This document shows, piece by piece, positions 20,419 through 31,042 of a stretch of DNA of 64,000 bases. Under the pieces are notes generated by a model that was not told the DNA's origin, made no database searches, and worked only from the letters and a program-made list of their open reading frames with translations. Position 1 is the first letter of the stretch, and every line of letters starts with the position of its first letter. A program made the translations under genes and the position numbers. The DNA is from Nostoc sp. (GTDB lineage: Bacteria; Cyanobacteriota; Cyanobacteriia; Cyanobacteriales; Nostocaceae). The stretch lies in NCBI GenBank assembly GCA_036918135.1, contig JBALDB010000027.1:1-64000 (forward strand), read 5' to 3'.

Positions 20419-20537
20419 AAGTAGGTCGGCGTAAATAATTATTGTTGAGATTGGGTAAAAGGCAGGGGGCAGAAGGCAGGGGGTAGGGGGCAGGAGGCAG
20501 GAGGCAGAGGAGGCAGGGGGTATAAGTTTTTAAGATG

Positions 20538-20793
20538 GATTAATGAGTATCAAAGACTCATTAACCGAGTTCAGAGGTTCATTAATGAGTATCAAAGACT
20601 CATTAAAGGAGTTCAGGGGTTCATTAATGAGTATCAAAGACTCATTAAAGGAGTTCTGAGGTTCATTAATGAATATCAAAGACTCATTAATGGAGTTCTG
20701 AGGTTCATTAATGAGTATCAAAGACTCATTAAAGGAGTTCTGAGGTTCATTAATGAATATCAAAGACTCATTAATGGAGTTCTGAGGTTCATT
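20538..20793. repeat. 21-bp-period array (6 x 42-bp dimer) flanked by inverted GGCAG(G/A)-type heptamer tracts
   Basis: Alternating CATTAATGA[G/A]TATCAAAGACT and CATTAA[A/T]GGAGTTC[T/A]G[A/G]GGTT, 12 units. Confidence 0.95.
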
Positions 20794-20841
20794 CCTCCCC
20801 TGCTCCCCTGCCTCCTCTGCTCCCTGCCCTTTTCGTAATTT

Positions 20842-22056
20842 CTACTCAATTTCTCCTAGAGAAGTTAGCACAAAGCGGGCTATTCTTTCAGATGCACCGG
20901 GCGGGCCAAATCGCCCAGGGCCATTTTCTTGGCACTTGGCAAGATAGTCTGCATCTTGTAAAGTCTCGACTACTCGTCGAGCTGCTTGTTTGAGAATCTC
21001 TGGAGTTGCTGGGCCTGTGCCGATAGTTTGGGCAGAAATACCCAACAGCCGCGTTTGCGCCTCTGCAAATTGATAGGTAAATTGAGGCCCTTCCCCAGGA
21101 ATTTGGATTATCGGTTTGCCGATAGCCACTGCTAAATCTACTGCCAACCCTGCCATCCCAATCACGAGGTCAGAGTAATATAAAATGTCACTGAAAGCAT
21201 CTGAGTAACATCTCACTTCCACAAGCGGTGATTGCTTAGGAGAACTCCCTGGAGGAGAATAAGTGAGTATGCCTTGATTGAGTTGCCAACCTTGACTTTT
21301 AGCAATCTCGTCTAGTTGCTCCATCAAATTTGGTACTAAGGCGGCGTGAAACTGGAATCCTGAAGGCATTAACTTGGCAATTTCTACCACTAGTTGCAAC
21401 TGCAAGCAGAAATTTCTTGCGGCTTCCGGCATTCGCGACCCTGGTAAAAGAGCGATCGCTTTTCCGTCTGGTTTCAAGTGCAAGTCTTTGCCAGCCGGGA
21501 CAAGCCGATCTAAAGCCGGAATCCCACCAAACTGAGCTTTAGCTATACCTTGTCGTTGCAGGTCAAAAGCTGTATATGAATCTCTAGTGAAAACTGTTAG
21601 ACATCGAGAAGAATTCAAATCATGCCACAACAGCGGATTAATACGCAATCGCCCTTCATAGAGGGCAGAAAGACAAGAGATAAACGAGACGAAGGGACGC
21701 TTTGTTAAGTAAGCAAATGTCTGAGAGACAAAATCCCCAGTAGCCATAATCAAATCGCAGTTGGGAGCATACTGCAACACTGCTTGTAACTGTCGCCACG
21801 TTAACCCAATCAATCCCGATTGAAAATCTTTGAGTAAATAGAGGCGCTTCATGTAAAAGAATCCCCCAGAGGGCATCGTTTGTGTCGGCCCAATGATGGG
21901 AATGTCCAAGCTGCGGTAAGCTTTTCCTTCGCCCACAATCGGCATTGCTGCCATCTCAACAGAAGGGCACAATTGGCGCAGTGTTTGAATAACATGAGAG
22001 GTGTGGTTGTCCTCTCCGTGGCCATTACTGATAAACAGGATTCGCTTAGAAGGCAT
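20842..22056 (-). CDS. Lipid-A-disaccharide synthase-related GT-B protein
   Basis: ILFISNGHGED, PSGGF, LLPGSR.PEA, PGEGPQFT..FAEAQ.RLLG. Confidence 0.85.
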   Translation of the reverse strand: MPSKRILFISNGHGEDNHTSHVIQTLRQLCPSVEMAAMPIVGEGKAYRSLDIPIIGPTQTMPSGGFFYMKRLYLLKDFQSGLIGLTWRQLQAVLQYAPNCDLIMATGDFVSQTFAYLTKRPFVSFISCLSALYEGRLRINPLLWHDLNSSRCLTVFTRDSYTAFDLQRQGIAKAQFGGIPALDRLVPAGKDLHLKPDGKAIALLPGSRMPEAARNFCLQLQLVVEIAKLMPSGFQFHAALVPNLMEQLDEIAKSQGWQLNQGILTYSPPGSSPKQSPLVEVRCYSDAFSDILYYSDLVIGMAGLAVDLAVAIGKPIIQIPGEGPQFTYQFAEAQTRLLGISAQTIGTGPATPEILKQAARRVVETLQDADYLAKCQENGPGRFGPPGASERIARFVLTSLGEIE

Positions 22057-22571
22057 CTTGGGGTTTAGATAGGTCTAAAATGCTTGTTTAATGAGATTTT
22101 TAACCTACATTGGCTAAGTAGGTGAAGAGATTGATACTATTTTTACCCTTGAGAGCTTGTAATTTTATCAAAGAAAGGCAGTTCTTGCTGGAGGCAGAAG
22201 GGAATTCTGGCTTCTCCAAGAACTGCTGTCATTCGCACAGCGTCTCGTAGAGAAGGAAACAAGGGTTAAAAACCCAGACCAAATTTTTGATTTGGTCGAA
22301 CTTATTAAGGAGGGGTCTAAATCCCCTTCTTAATAAAACCTTCTGCCCTCTGCCTCCTGTCTTCTCAAAGACAAATCTCTAAAATTACTTTTCCAGGTAT
22401 AAACCGGAATGGAATTACTGCTAATCCCTGTTTTTACAGACGCTAATTTATCAGAGAATACAGTATTGGGAGTACAAGCGCTATGCGTAGATTAATTTGG
22501 GAACATAAATTTGAACGGAGTAATTTTAAGTGTTGACGATACAGTGATAAAAAAGTTGTGTCGCAATAAAC

Positions 22572-23780
22572 ATGGAACGCGTCATTTCTGCGCTGGGAAT
22601 TTTAATTTTTATCGGCATATCCTATGCCTTCTCGGTGAATCGTCAGGCGGTGCGTTGGCGAATAGTGGCGTGGGGTTTGGGATTGGAGTTGATATTTGCC
22701 TTAGTGATTCTGAAAACTCCTTGGGGTTTGCATCTGTTTAAATCTCTAGGAGATATTGTCAGCCAATTTTTAACATTCTCCGATGTCGGTGCTAAATTTG
22801 TCTTTGGAGAAAATTTTAAGGATCATTTTTTTGCCTTCCAAGTGCTGCCGACAATTATCTTTTTCTCTGCCTTTATCAGTGTCTTATACCACTACGGTAT
22901 TTTACAGCGAGTAGTAAACCTAATGGCGTGGGTGATGATTAAGACAATGAAAACATCGGGTTCTGAATCTTTATCCTGTGCTGGTAATATCTTTTTGGGG
23001 CCAACAGAGTCAGCGCTGATGGTTAAACCTTACATAGCGAATATGACGCAGTCAGAACTCCATGCATTGATGACGAGTGGTTTTGCCACAATTGCAGGTG
23101 GAGTACTAGGAGCGTATATTTCCTTTGGAATACCAACACAACACCTGATTGCGGCTTTTTTTATGACTGCTCCCACATCATTGGTGGTATCAAAATTACT
23201 CTACCCGGAAACGGAAGTATCAGAAACCACTGGTAAGGTGAAGGTGAATGTGGAAACTAATTATGTGAATGTAATTGACGCTGCTACTAGTGGAGCAATT
23301 GACGGCGTAAAGCTAGCAGTTAATGTTGGGGTAATGATTATTGCTTTTTTGGGATTATTAGCTGCTGTGAATGCCCTATTAGGATGGTTAGGCGCATTCG
23401 TCGGTTTACAGCAACTTTCATTACAGTGGATTTTATCTTATTTTATGGCTCCGGTAGCATTTTTGCTGGGTATACCCTGGGCTGATTGTCGGCAAGTTGG
23501 GGCATTATTGGGTACAAAGACAATTCTGAATGAGTTTATTGCTTTTTTAGATTTGAAGGCACTAATTGAAGGTGGTAAAATTTCCCAACGTTCAGTAATT
23601 ATTGCGACTTATGCATTATGTAACTTTGCAAATATTGGTTCAATTGGCATTACCATTGGCGGTATTACTGGCATAGCACCTAATCGCCAACACGATTTAG
23701 CCCGTATGGGTGTAAGGGCGATGATTGGCGGATTGTTAGCAGGTTTTATTACTGCTTGTATTGCCGGAATCGTGATTTGA
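22572..23780 (+). CDS. NupC/CNT concentrative nucleoside transporter
   Basis: FAFQVLPTIIFFS, NIFLG, FATIAG, NEFIAF, ALCNFAN. Confidence 0.93.
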   Translation: MERVISALGILIFIGISYAFSVNRQAVRWRIVAWGLGLELIFALVILKTPWGLHLFKSLGDIVSQFLTFSDVGAKFVFGENFKDHFFAFQVLPTIIFFSAFISVLYHYGILQRVVNLMAWVMIKTMKTSGSESLSCAGNIFLGPTESALMVKPYIANMTQSELHALMTSGFATIAGGVLGAYISFGIPTQHLIAAFFMTAPTSLVVSKLLYPETEVSETTGKVKVNVETNYVNVIDAATSGAIDGVKLAVNVGVMIIAFLGLLAAVNALLGWLGAFVGLQQLSLQWILSYFMAPVAFLLGIPWADCRQVGALLGTKTILNEFIAFLDLKALIEGGKISQRSVIIATYALCNFANIGSIGITIGGITGIAPNRQHDLARMGVRAMIGGLLAGFITACIAGIVI

Positions 23781-23806
23781 AGGAGGCGCAGAGGGAGCGA
23801 TAAAGT

Positions 23807-23992
23807 TTAAATAAATTGGCTCAGTGAGAAATAATTATTAGCGATCGCTCCATCCTTCGGAAATAAACGAGTATCAAAGGTGTGATTAAATTGATTGAAG
23901 TTCTCTTTGAGAATAAAGGCGATCGCCAAAACAGCTTCTAATCTTTTCTTGCCCAGATTACTCACGGTCTTATCTCCTGATAAGGCTTGCAT
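23807..23992 (-). CDS. Possible small hypothetical protein
   Basis: 61-aa ATG ORF with AAGG upstream; nothing else supports it. Confidence 0.3.
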   Translation of the reverse strand: MQALSGDKTVSNLGKKRLEAVLAIAFILKENFNQFNHTFDTRLFPKDGAIANNYFSLSQFI

Positions 23993-24235
23993 TTACCTTT
24001 GTTAAGTCGGTTCTCTAACTAGGTTAACTATAATCTTGGGTATCAGGAGATGGGGACAAAGAAAATAACTCCCCACTCAACAGTCATCAGTCAGCACTCC
24101 CAATGACAAACAATAGATGACTTTAGTTATAATTATATTCCACTTTAAGGTAGAAGAATTAATCCTATAATTTATGTAATTATCAGCACTGATATATTAT
24201 AATTATTAACTTTAAATTTATTTAACTTTAATAGA

Positions 24236-27200
24236 ATGCCAGACCCGGAAAAGTTACAAAACCAGCTGGCTAGTGATAAGCTGCTGTATCGGCAAGTTAG
24301 TAAAGAATCAAATTATTCGTTAGTAGCCACTAAAGAAGAAGGAATGATTCTTCAGTTACCTGATGGCAGAATTCAGGCTTGCAATGCCGCTGTAGAGAAA
24401 ATTCTGGGACTGACAAGCGAGCAATTAGTGGGGCAGAATTTGCTCGCTCCTGAATGGGAATTTATTAATGAAGATGGCTCGCCTTTACTATGTGAGGTTT
24501 ACCCGGCGATGGTTGCCTTGAAGACAGGTAAACCTTGTATAAATATAGTCTGTGGCTTCTATAAACCAGATGGTGAGCTAGTTTGGCTATTATTATCTTC
24601 ACAACCGTTATTTGAAGTCACACGAACTACTCCCTACGCGATCGTTACAACTTTTTTTGATATTACTGAGTCTAAGCAGATTCAACTTGACGAGAACTGT
24701 AGCTGTGGTGAAGATACAAAAGGAATTGAGCTAGATGACTTTCAGCTCCGGTGGGATAGTCAACGTTTATTTCAACAAATTGCGGGCACTCTTCCAGGCA
24801 TACTATACATCTATGACGTAATCGAGCAGCAAAATTGTTACGTTAATTACGAGATTGCTGAATTTTGGGGCTACACACCAGAACAAATCCAAGCTATGGG
24901 AACTGAGTTGTTTAACCAACTTCTACACCCTGAAGATTTGCTCCGACTTCATAACCATCTAAAAAAATTTAATTCTGCTGGTAAGGGAGAAGTTTTGAGT
25001 TTTGAATACCAGATTCGACACGCGAATGGAGAGTGGCGCTGGTTTTGTAGCTATGACACTGTGTACAGCAGAACTGCTGAGGGATTACCGCATCATCTTT
25101 TGGGAATCGCTTTCGATGTTACAGACCGACGACGCACAGAAATTTCTCTGCGCCAAAGTAACGAAAGGTTTGAATTAGCAGCAGCAGCGGTTAATTGTGT
25201 GATTTACGACTGGGAGATTCAGAGAAATAGTGTAGAAAGAACTGAGGGTCTAACCCAAGTTTTTGGCTACACGCAACAAGAAGCTCAACCGACTTTCGAG
25301 TGGTGGCAAGAACGCATTCACCCTGATGACCAACAAATGGTCAATGACGAGTTCATAGCTAGTATGGTGAATGGAAACCGTTATCGGATTAAGTATCGAG
25401 TGCGTCACAAGGATGGTCGCTATTTGTGGGTAGAAGACCAAGGGTTTGCAGTCCGAGATCCAAATGGTCAGGTAGTCAGAGTAGTTGGTGCTAGTACTGA
25501 TATTACTGAACAGCAAGCTGCACTAGACGATCGCCAACAAGCTGAAACAAAGCTGCGTGAAAGTGAAGAACGAATTCGGTTGGCAACTAACGCTGCTGAA
25601 GTTGGGATGTGGTTTTGGAATCTGACTGCTGAGGAATTAATTTGGACGGACAAATGTAAGCAACTGTTTGGACTATCTCTAGAAGCCGAAATTAGCTATG
25701 AGATTTTCTTCAAATATATCCATCCAGAAGATCGTCTCTCGGTGGAGGAAGCCCTCGCCCGTTCCCTGGCAGCGAAAGTTGATTGTGAGATTGAATACCG
25801 TATTATTTGGCCTGATGGTAGCATTCATTGGATTGATGCCAAAGGTCGTTTTTTCTATGATACCGACGGGAAAGCACTACGAATGATGGGTACTGCCCAG
25901 GATATTACGCAGCGCAAACAGGCAGAAAATACTTTGCGCCAACGCGAAACTCAATTAAGGCGGTTAGTTGATTCCAATATTATCGGCATTATGTTCGCTA
26001 CTCCAGACTACATTACTGAGGCGAACGAAGCTTTTTTAGAAATGGTGGATTATACACGAGAGGAATTATTGACTCTTAAGGTACGCAGAAAAGATATCAC
26101 TCCATCTGAATATCACGCTCTCGATCGCCAGGGTATAGAGCAACTTTTAAAAGTTGGCGTATGCAACGCTTATGAAAAAGAATACATCCGCAAAGATGGT
26201 TCCCGCATTCCCATATTAATTGGTGGTGCTTTAGTGGAACGCTCGCCAATGTCTTTTATTTATTTTATTCTTGACTTAACTCCCAGAAAGCAATTAGAAG
26301 AAGCACTCAGGCAACAAGCAGAGGAACTCAAACAAGCAAACCGCAATAAAGATGAGTTTTTGGCCATTCTTTCCCACGAATTGCGATCGCCTCTCAACCC
26401 AATTCTGGGGTGGTCATCTCTACTCAGAAGCCGCAAATTTGATGAAAATACTACCAATCGGGCTTTGGAGATCATCGAAAAAAATACTCATTTGCAGATT
26501 CAATTAATTGATGAATTGTTGGATGTGTCCCGAATTATTCGTGGGAAGCTGACCCTGACTTTTGCCCCTGTTAATTTGGTAGCTGTCATTGATGCTGCAT
26601 TAGAAACAGTCAGCTTAATTGCCCAAACCAAATCCATTCAAATAAAAACCCAGCTTCACCCCAATGTAGGTAAAGTCTCAGGTGATTTTTATCGCTTACA
26701 GCAAGTTGTGGGAAATTTACTCTCCAATGCTGTCAAGTTCACTCCCTCTCATGGAAGAGTGGAAGTCAGCCTTTCATTGAGTACTGATTCGACTTCTGAC
26801 TGGGCACTGATTCAAGTCAAAGATACAGGTCAAGGTATTTCATCCGAATTCCTACCCCACGTATTTGAATCTTTTCGTCAAGCTGATACCAGCACAACTA
26901 GGAAATTTGGGGGACTGGGACTAGGATTAGCAATAGTTCGCCACTTGGTAGAGTTGCATGGTGGTAGTGCGATCGCAGATAGTCCAGGAATTGGACAGGG
27001 AGCAATTTTTACTGTCAGACTACCCGCGATCGAAGAGAGTGAAGCAGCAGGGAAAGCAACAAAAACAGAGGCAGCAGAGAAAAAATTTGATTCTTCGCAG
27101 TTCAATGGACTACGGATATTAATTGTCGATGATGATGCTGATACTAGGGAGTTTGTCGGCTTTTTGCTAGAGCAGAAAGGGGCGCTAATAACTACTACTG

Positions 27201-27481
27201 CATCGGCAAGTGAAGCATTAAATAGTATAGCACAGAGTGTACCCGATTTATTAATCAGTGATTTAGCAATGCCAGAGATGGATGGCTATAGTCTAATCGA
27301 GCAAATCAGAGCAATGTCAAAACAGCAGGGTAGGGAAATTCCAGCGATCGCTCTCACCGCTTATGTTGCAGAAAGCGATCGGCAGCAAATTTTGGCAGCA
27401 GGCTTTGAAAAACATGTTGCTAAACCAGTACAACCAATCGAACTATTGACCTCAATTGCAGATTTGATTGGACAAAAATAG
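24236..27481 (+). CDS. Multi-PAS hybrid histidine kinase (PAS/PAC x~5, HisKA, HATPase, REC)
   Basis: Repeated HPED/DIT PAS-PAC; SHELRSPL; NAVKFT, GGLGLGL; LLISDLAMPEMDG. Confidence 0.95.
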   Translation: MPDPEKLQNQLASDKLLYRQVSKESNYSLVATKEEGMILQLPDGRIQACNAAVEKILGLTSEQLVGQNLLAPEWEFINEDGSPLLCEVYPAMVALKTGKPCINIVCGFYKPDGELVWLLLSSQPLFEVTRTTPYAIVTTFFDITESKQIQLDENCSCGEDTKGIELDDFQLRWDSQRLFQQIAGTLPGILYIYDVIEQQNCYVNYEIAEFWGYTPEQIQAMGTELFNQLLHPEDLLRLHNHLKKFNSAGKGEVLSFEYQIRHANGEWRWFCSYDTVYSRTAEGLPHHLLGIAFDVTDRRRTEISLRQSNERFELAAAAVNCVIYDWEIQRNSVERTEGLTQVFGYTQQEAQPTFEWWQERIHPDDQQMVNDEFIASMVNGNRYRIKYRVRHKDGRYLWVEDQGFAVRDPNGQVVRVVGASTDITEQQAALDDRQQAETKLRESEERIRLATNAAEVGMWFWNLTAEELIWTDKCKQLFGLSLEAEISYEIFFKYIHPEDRLSVEEALARSLAAKVDCEIEYRIIWPDGSIHWIDAKGRFFYDTDGKALRMMGTAQDITQRKQAENTLRQRETQLRRLVDSNIIGIMFATPDYITEANEAFLEMVDYTREELLTLKVRRKDITPSEYHALDRQGIEQLLKVGVCNAYEKEYIRKDGSRIPILIGGALVERSPMSFIYFILDLTPRKQLEEALRQQAEELKQANRNKDEFLAILSHELRSPLNPILGWSSLLRSRKFDENTTNRALEIIEKNTHLQIQLIDELLDVSRIIRGKLTLTFAPVNLVAVIDAALETVSLIAQTKSIQIKTQLHPNVGKVSGDFYRLQQVVGNLLSNAVKFTPSHGRVEVSLSLSTDSTSDWALIQVKDTGQGISSEFLPHVFESFRQADTSTTRKFGGLGLGLAIVRHLVELHGGSAIADSPGIGQGAIFTVRLPAIEESEAAGKATKTEAAEKKFDSSQFNGLRILIVDDDADTREFVGFLLEQKGALITTTASASEALNSIAQSVPDLLISDLAMPEMDGYSLIEQIRAMSKQQGREIPAIALTAYVAESDRQQILAAGFEKHVAKPVQPIELLTSIADLIGQK

Positions 27482-27651
27482 TTCTGATATCAAGTTCGGC
27501 TAATTACTTACAATATGTTGGTGTTGCTGGTAATTGGTAATAGGTTATTGGGAATTGGCGAAGAGGGAAGAGTTAGGTAGTGATGCATAGTAATGATTTA
27601 CCTCCTGCCTCCTGCTATATTTCCCAAGCTACCAGAAAAGTGCGATCGCTT

Positions 27652-30600
27652 TTAGCTGATAAACTTTTTCCTAAATCTATGTAATTGGATTAACACTGGC
27701 TTTGCCCAATTTCCACCCAGTAAATCGTGCAGCAGAATATAAAAACAGGGAATGATAAATAATGTCAGCATTGTTGCGATCGCCATCCCAAAGAAAACTA
27801 CAATCCCTAAAGGCTGCAAAAACTCAGAACCTTCGCCAATACCTAATGCCAAGGGAAACAATCCCAAAATGGTAGTGACTGTAGTCATCATAATCGGACG
27901 CAAGCGTTGAGGAGCAGCTTTGACGATCGCAATTTGGCGAGTACAACCTTCTTCATCCCGAATTTGATTGGCTAGTTCTACCATTAGAATCCCTGCATTG
28001 ACTACAATTCCCACCAGCAGCACGACACCAACAATTACAGTTGCACCAATCGCTGTTTGAGTAATGTAAAGTCCAAAAATTCCCCCAGCTAACGCTAGTG
28101 GTACGGTGAACATAATTACCAATGGGTCAATCAGCGAATTGTATTGTACTGCCATGACTACAAAGATTAAGAACGTTGCCAACGCTCCCAAAGTTTTTAA
28201 AGCATCCTGAAGTTGCTGATTCGTTTCTTGGGCAGAACTAGGCACAATGGAAACGCCATTAGGTAAGTCTACGTCCTTGAGTATCTGATTGACTTCTGCT
28301 ATGGCTTCACCAAGACTAGCTCCTTCGCTGAGATTTCCTGCGACAATAAAAGCTTGGCGCTGATTAATCCGTTGCACCTCCCCAGGCGCTTGACCTTCTT
28401 GAATATTCGCAACATCCGAAAGGCGGATTAATTGATTATTTTCTGTAAAAAGTGGTAATTGCTCTAGCTGAGAAGGACGCCCAATCGCTTCTTTATTTAG
28501 CTGCACCCGCACATCAACTAAACGATTACCGCGTTGAATTTGCGTGGGAACTGAACCTTCAATTGCTGTCTGAACTGTTGCCCCAATTTGCTCTGCACTC
28601 AACCCTAAAGCTGAAACGCGTTCCCAGTCCGGGCGAATTTGGATTTCCGGTTGTCGGGGGTCGGCATCTGGTCGGAATGTCGCTAATTTTGCTCTTTCTT
28701 GCAATGCTTGCAGTACTTGAGCGCCTGCTTGCGTTAAGTTTTGTTCATTCTCACCTTGTAGAACCACATCAACTTCTGACCCTTGCACTGGAGAATTACT
28801 CAAAATTAAACCTCGTACCTGACCAGGATTGAGGCGCAGCAGAATTCCTGCTAAGTTAAGTTTGTTAAATTCTTGAGTTACTTTTTTGACGAAAGCTTCG
28901 ACATCTGTGCCTGGTTTTAAATTGATAGTGCTGCTGGCACGTAAAGGATTTTCTGTAGTATTACTGCCAAATAAATTACCACCGACAGTTGTGAAAGCCG
29001 ACTCGGTCTCTGGTTGTTTGAGCAAAATGTCATCAACAATTTGCATAACTTTTTGGGAAGTTGCTAAAGGTGTACCGGGAGGAAACTGCGCTCTCAAGGT
29101 AGCTTGTCCGGTACTGATGCGGGGTAAAATTTCTTGGGGAATTTGACCAAACATGAAGAAGCTACTACCGCCTAAAATTAGCAAAGCAGCAGTAACTACA
29201 ACAAGTCGATAGCGTAAAATCTTGGTTAAAAAGTTACTGTATCCGCGTGTAGCATCTTCAAATCGATGATTAAACTGTCTAAGCAGCCAAAATTCACTGA
29301 CCCGGCTAGACCAGCGGATTCCTAAAAGTCGAGAAGACAGCATCGGCACTATTGTGATTGCAACCACAAGTGAAGCTGCAACTGCAAAGCTGATTGTCAG
29401 AATCAGTTCATTAAATAGCAGTGCAATAAAGCCGCCAATTAATAAGAATGGTACTACAGAAACTAAGTTGGCACCTGTAGCAGCAACCAAAGCAGATTCT
29501 ACTTCCTGGGAAGCATTAATGGCAGTGTCAATAAAGAATTTAGAATTTCTCCCCTTCCCCTCTGCTCCCCTGCCCCTCTGCCCCTCTGCCTCCATCTCTC
29601 TTTGATTGGGAGTCATGCCTGCTTTTTCAGAAATATTCTCTAAGATTACAACCGATGTATCAATTGCTTGACCGACTCCTAATGTCAGACCTGCTAAACT
29701 AAACACATTCAAAGTCAAGCCAAATATTTTCATTAAAGCGATCGCAGCTAAAGTACACAGTGGTATCGTTAAACTGATAATCAACGTTTGCCTGAACGAT
29801 CCCAAAAATAACAACACTGCTGCTGCTGCTAACAATGCCCCAGAAATCCCGGAAAAGATAACATCATTTAAAGAATTACGGATGAAAATAGATTCATCTG
29901 TGGTGGGATTCAAAGTCATGTCTGCTGGAATTAAGCCTGATTGCCGTAATTGTTCAATTCGCTGCTTCACAGCATCTACAACTGTGATTGTGTTGGCTTC
30001 AGGCTGCTTTTGAATGGAAAATTTCACAGCAGGCTGACGATTGAGATAAACAAATACTCGCTGTTCTTCTGTATCGTCAATTACTTGTGCAAAGTCTCGC
30101 AAATAAACGCGGCGGGAAGGTGCAGGGGAAGTGGTAGTAATGGTAGTGGTATTACTGTTATTAGTAGTATTAGCACTAGCAGCAGAAGAGGAGGAAACCT
30201 CCAAGGAAAGGTTTTCAATTTCCTTAGCATTTTGGAAGCGTCCGACAGTCCGAGTCAATGGCTCAGAGTTTTGCCCCAGAATCCGACCACCAGAAGTATC
30301 TTGGTTACGGGCTGTTAATTCATCTAATAGATTATTTAACCCTACACCCAAAGCTTGCAATCGGTTCAAGTCAACAAGCACTCTTACTTCTTCTTCAGCA
30401 CCACCAGATACATCAACCGAGGCGACTCCCGGCACAACACTGAGTTCACGGGTTAATTCTTCATCAGCAAATACGCGTAAATCTTTACCTTGCAGAGAAG
30501 TAGATGTCAGTGCCAATTCATAAACTGGCAATTGGGAGGGATCGACTTTAAATAAGCGCGGTTCTTCTATGGTGTCTGGCAGTTGTCCTCGACCTCGGTT

Positions 30601-30966
30601 AAAAGCAGCAGTCGCATCGTTTAAGGCTTGGTCAATATCCCCCCCTGGTTGGAAGTATAAATCGAGGCTTACCTGTCCTTCGCGGGTACGAGAAAAAACC
30701 TGCACTACATTCTCGGTTGCTGATAAAGCTTCTTCTAAGGGTCTAGTGATTTCATCTACGGCTACTTCTGGTGAAATACCAGGGGCTTCTAGCCGAACGC
30801 CAATTCGGGGATAGGTAATTGACGGTAGCAGATCGACTTGGATTGTTGTCAAGAAAAATACGCCAATGACAATTACTGCCACAGTGAGCATGAGTGTACC
30901 AATGTGTTTGCGGATAGCGATCGCACTAAGGCTAAATCCGCCATTGCTATTATTTGCTTGTTGCAT
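27652..30966 (-). CDS. RND efflux permease (AcrB family)
   Basis: VDLLPSI.YP, RLRPIMMT, PLALG.GEG; 12-TM layout. Confidence 0.95.
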   Translation of the reverse strand: MQQANNSNGGFSLSAIAIRKHIGTLMLTVAVIVIGVFFLTTIQVDLLPSITYPRIGVRLEAPGISPEVAVDEITRPLEEALSATENVVQVFSRTREGQVSLDLYFQPGGDIDQALNDATAAFNRGRGQLPDTIEEPRLFKVDPSQLPVYELALTSTSLQGKDLRVFADEELTRELSVVPGVASVDVSGGAEEEVRVLVDLNRLQALGVGLNNLLDELTARNQDTSGGRILGQNSEPLTRTVGRFQNAKEIENLSLEVSSSSAASANTTNNSNTTTITTTSPAPSRRVYLRDFAQVIDDTEEQRVFVYLNRQPAVKFSIQKQPEANTITVVDAVKQRIEQLRQSGLIPADMTLNPTTDESIFIRNSLNDVIFSGISGALLAAAAVLLFLGSFRQTLIISLTIPLCTLAAIALMKIFGLTLNVFSLAGLTLGVGQAIDTSVVILENISEKAGMTPNQREMEAEGQRGRGAEGKGRNSKFFIDTAINASQEVESALVAATGANLVSVVPFLLIGGFIALLFNELILTISFAVAASLVVAITIVPMLSSRLLGIRWSSRVSEFWLLRQFNHRFEDATRGYSNFLTKILRYRLVVVTAALLILGGSSFFMFGQIPQEILPRISTGQATLRAQFPPGTPLATSQKVMQIVDDILLKQPETESAFTTVGGNLFGSNTTENPLRASSTINLKPGTDVEAFVKKVTQEFNKLNLAGILLRLNPGQVRGLILSNSPVQGSEVDVVLQGENEQNLTQAGAQVLQALQERAKLATFRPDADPRQPEIQIRPDWERVSALGLSAEQIGATVQTAIEGSVPTQIQRGNRLVDVRVQLNKEAIGRPSQLEQLPLFTENNQLIRLSDVANIQEGQAPGEVQRINQRQAFIVAGNLSEGASLGEAIAEVNQILKDVDLPNGVSIVPSSAQETNQQLQDALKTLGALATFLIFVVMAVQYNSLIDPLVIMFTVPLALAGGIFGLYITQTAIGATVIVGVVLLVGIVVNAGILMVELANQIRDEEGCTRQIAIVKAAPQRLRPIMMTTVTTILGLFPLALGIGEGSEFLQPLGIVVFFGMAIATMLTLFIIPCFYILLHDLLGGNWAKPVLIQLHRFRKKFIS

Positions 30967-31042
30967 AATAGATATTAAATGCTGAGTGCTAAGTGCTGAT
31001 TACTGAGTACTTTTTTCATTCAGATGGTGGTTGCTCACCCTA

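Noticed and set aside
20530..20793. CRISPR array or a real 77-aa protein
   Set aside because: A/B units recur, so there are no spacers; the open frame follows from the 21-bp period
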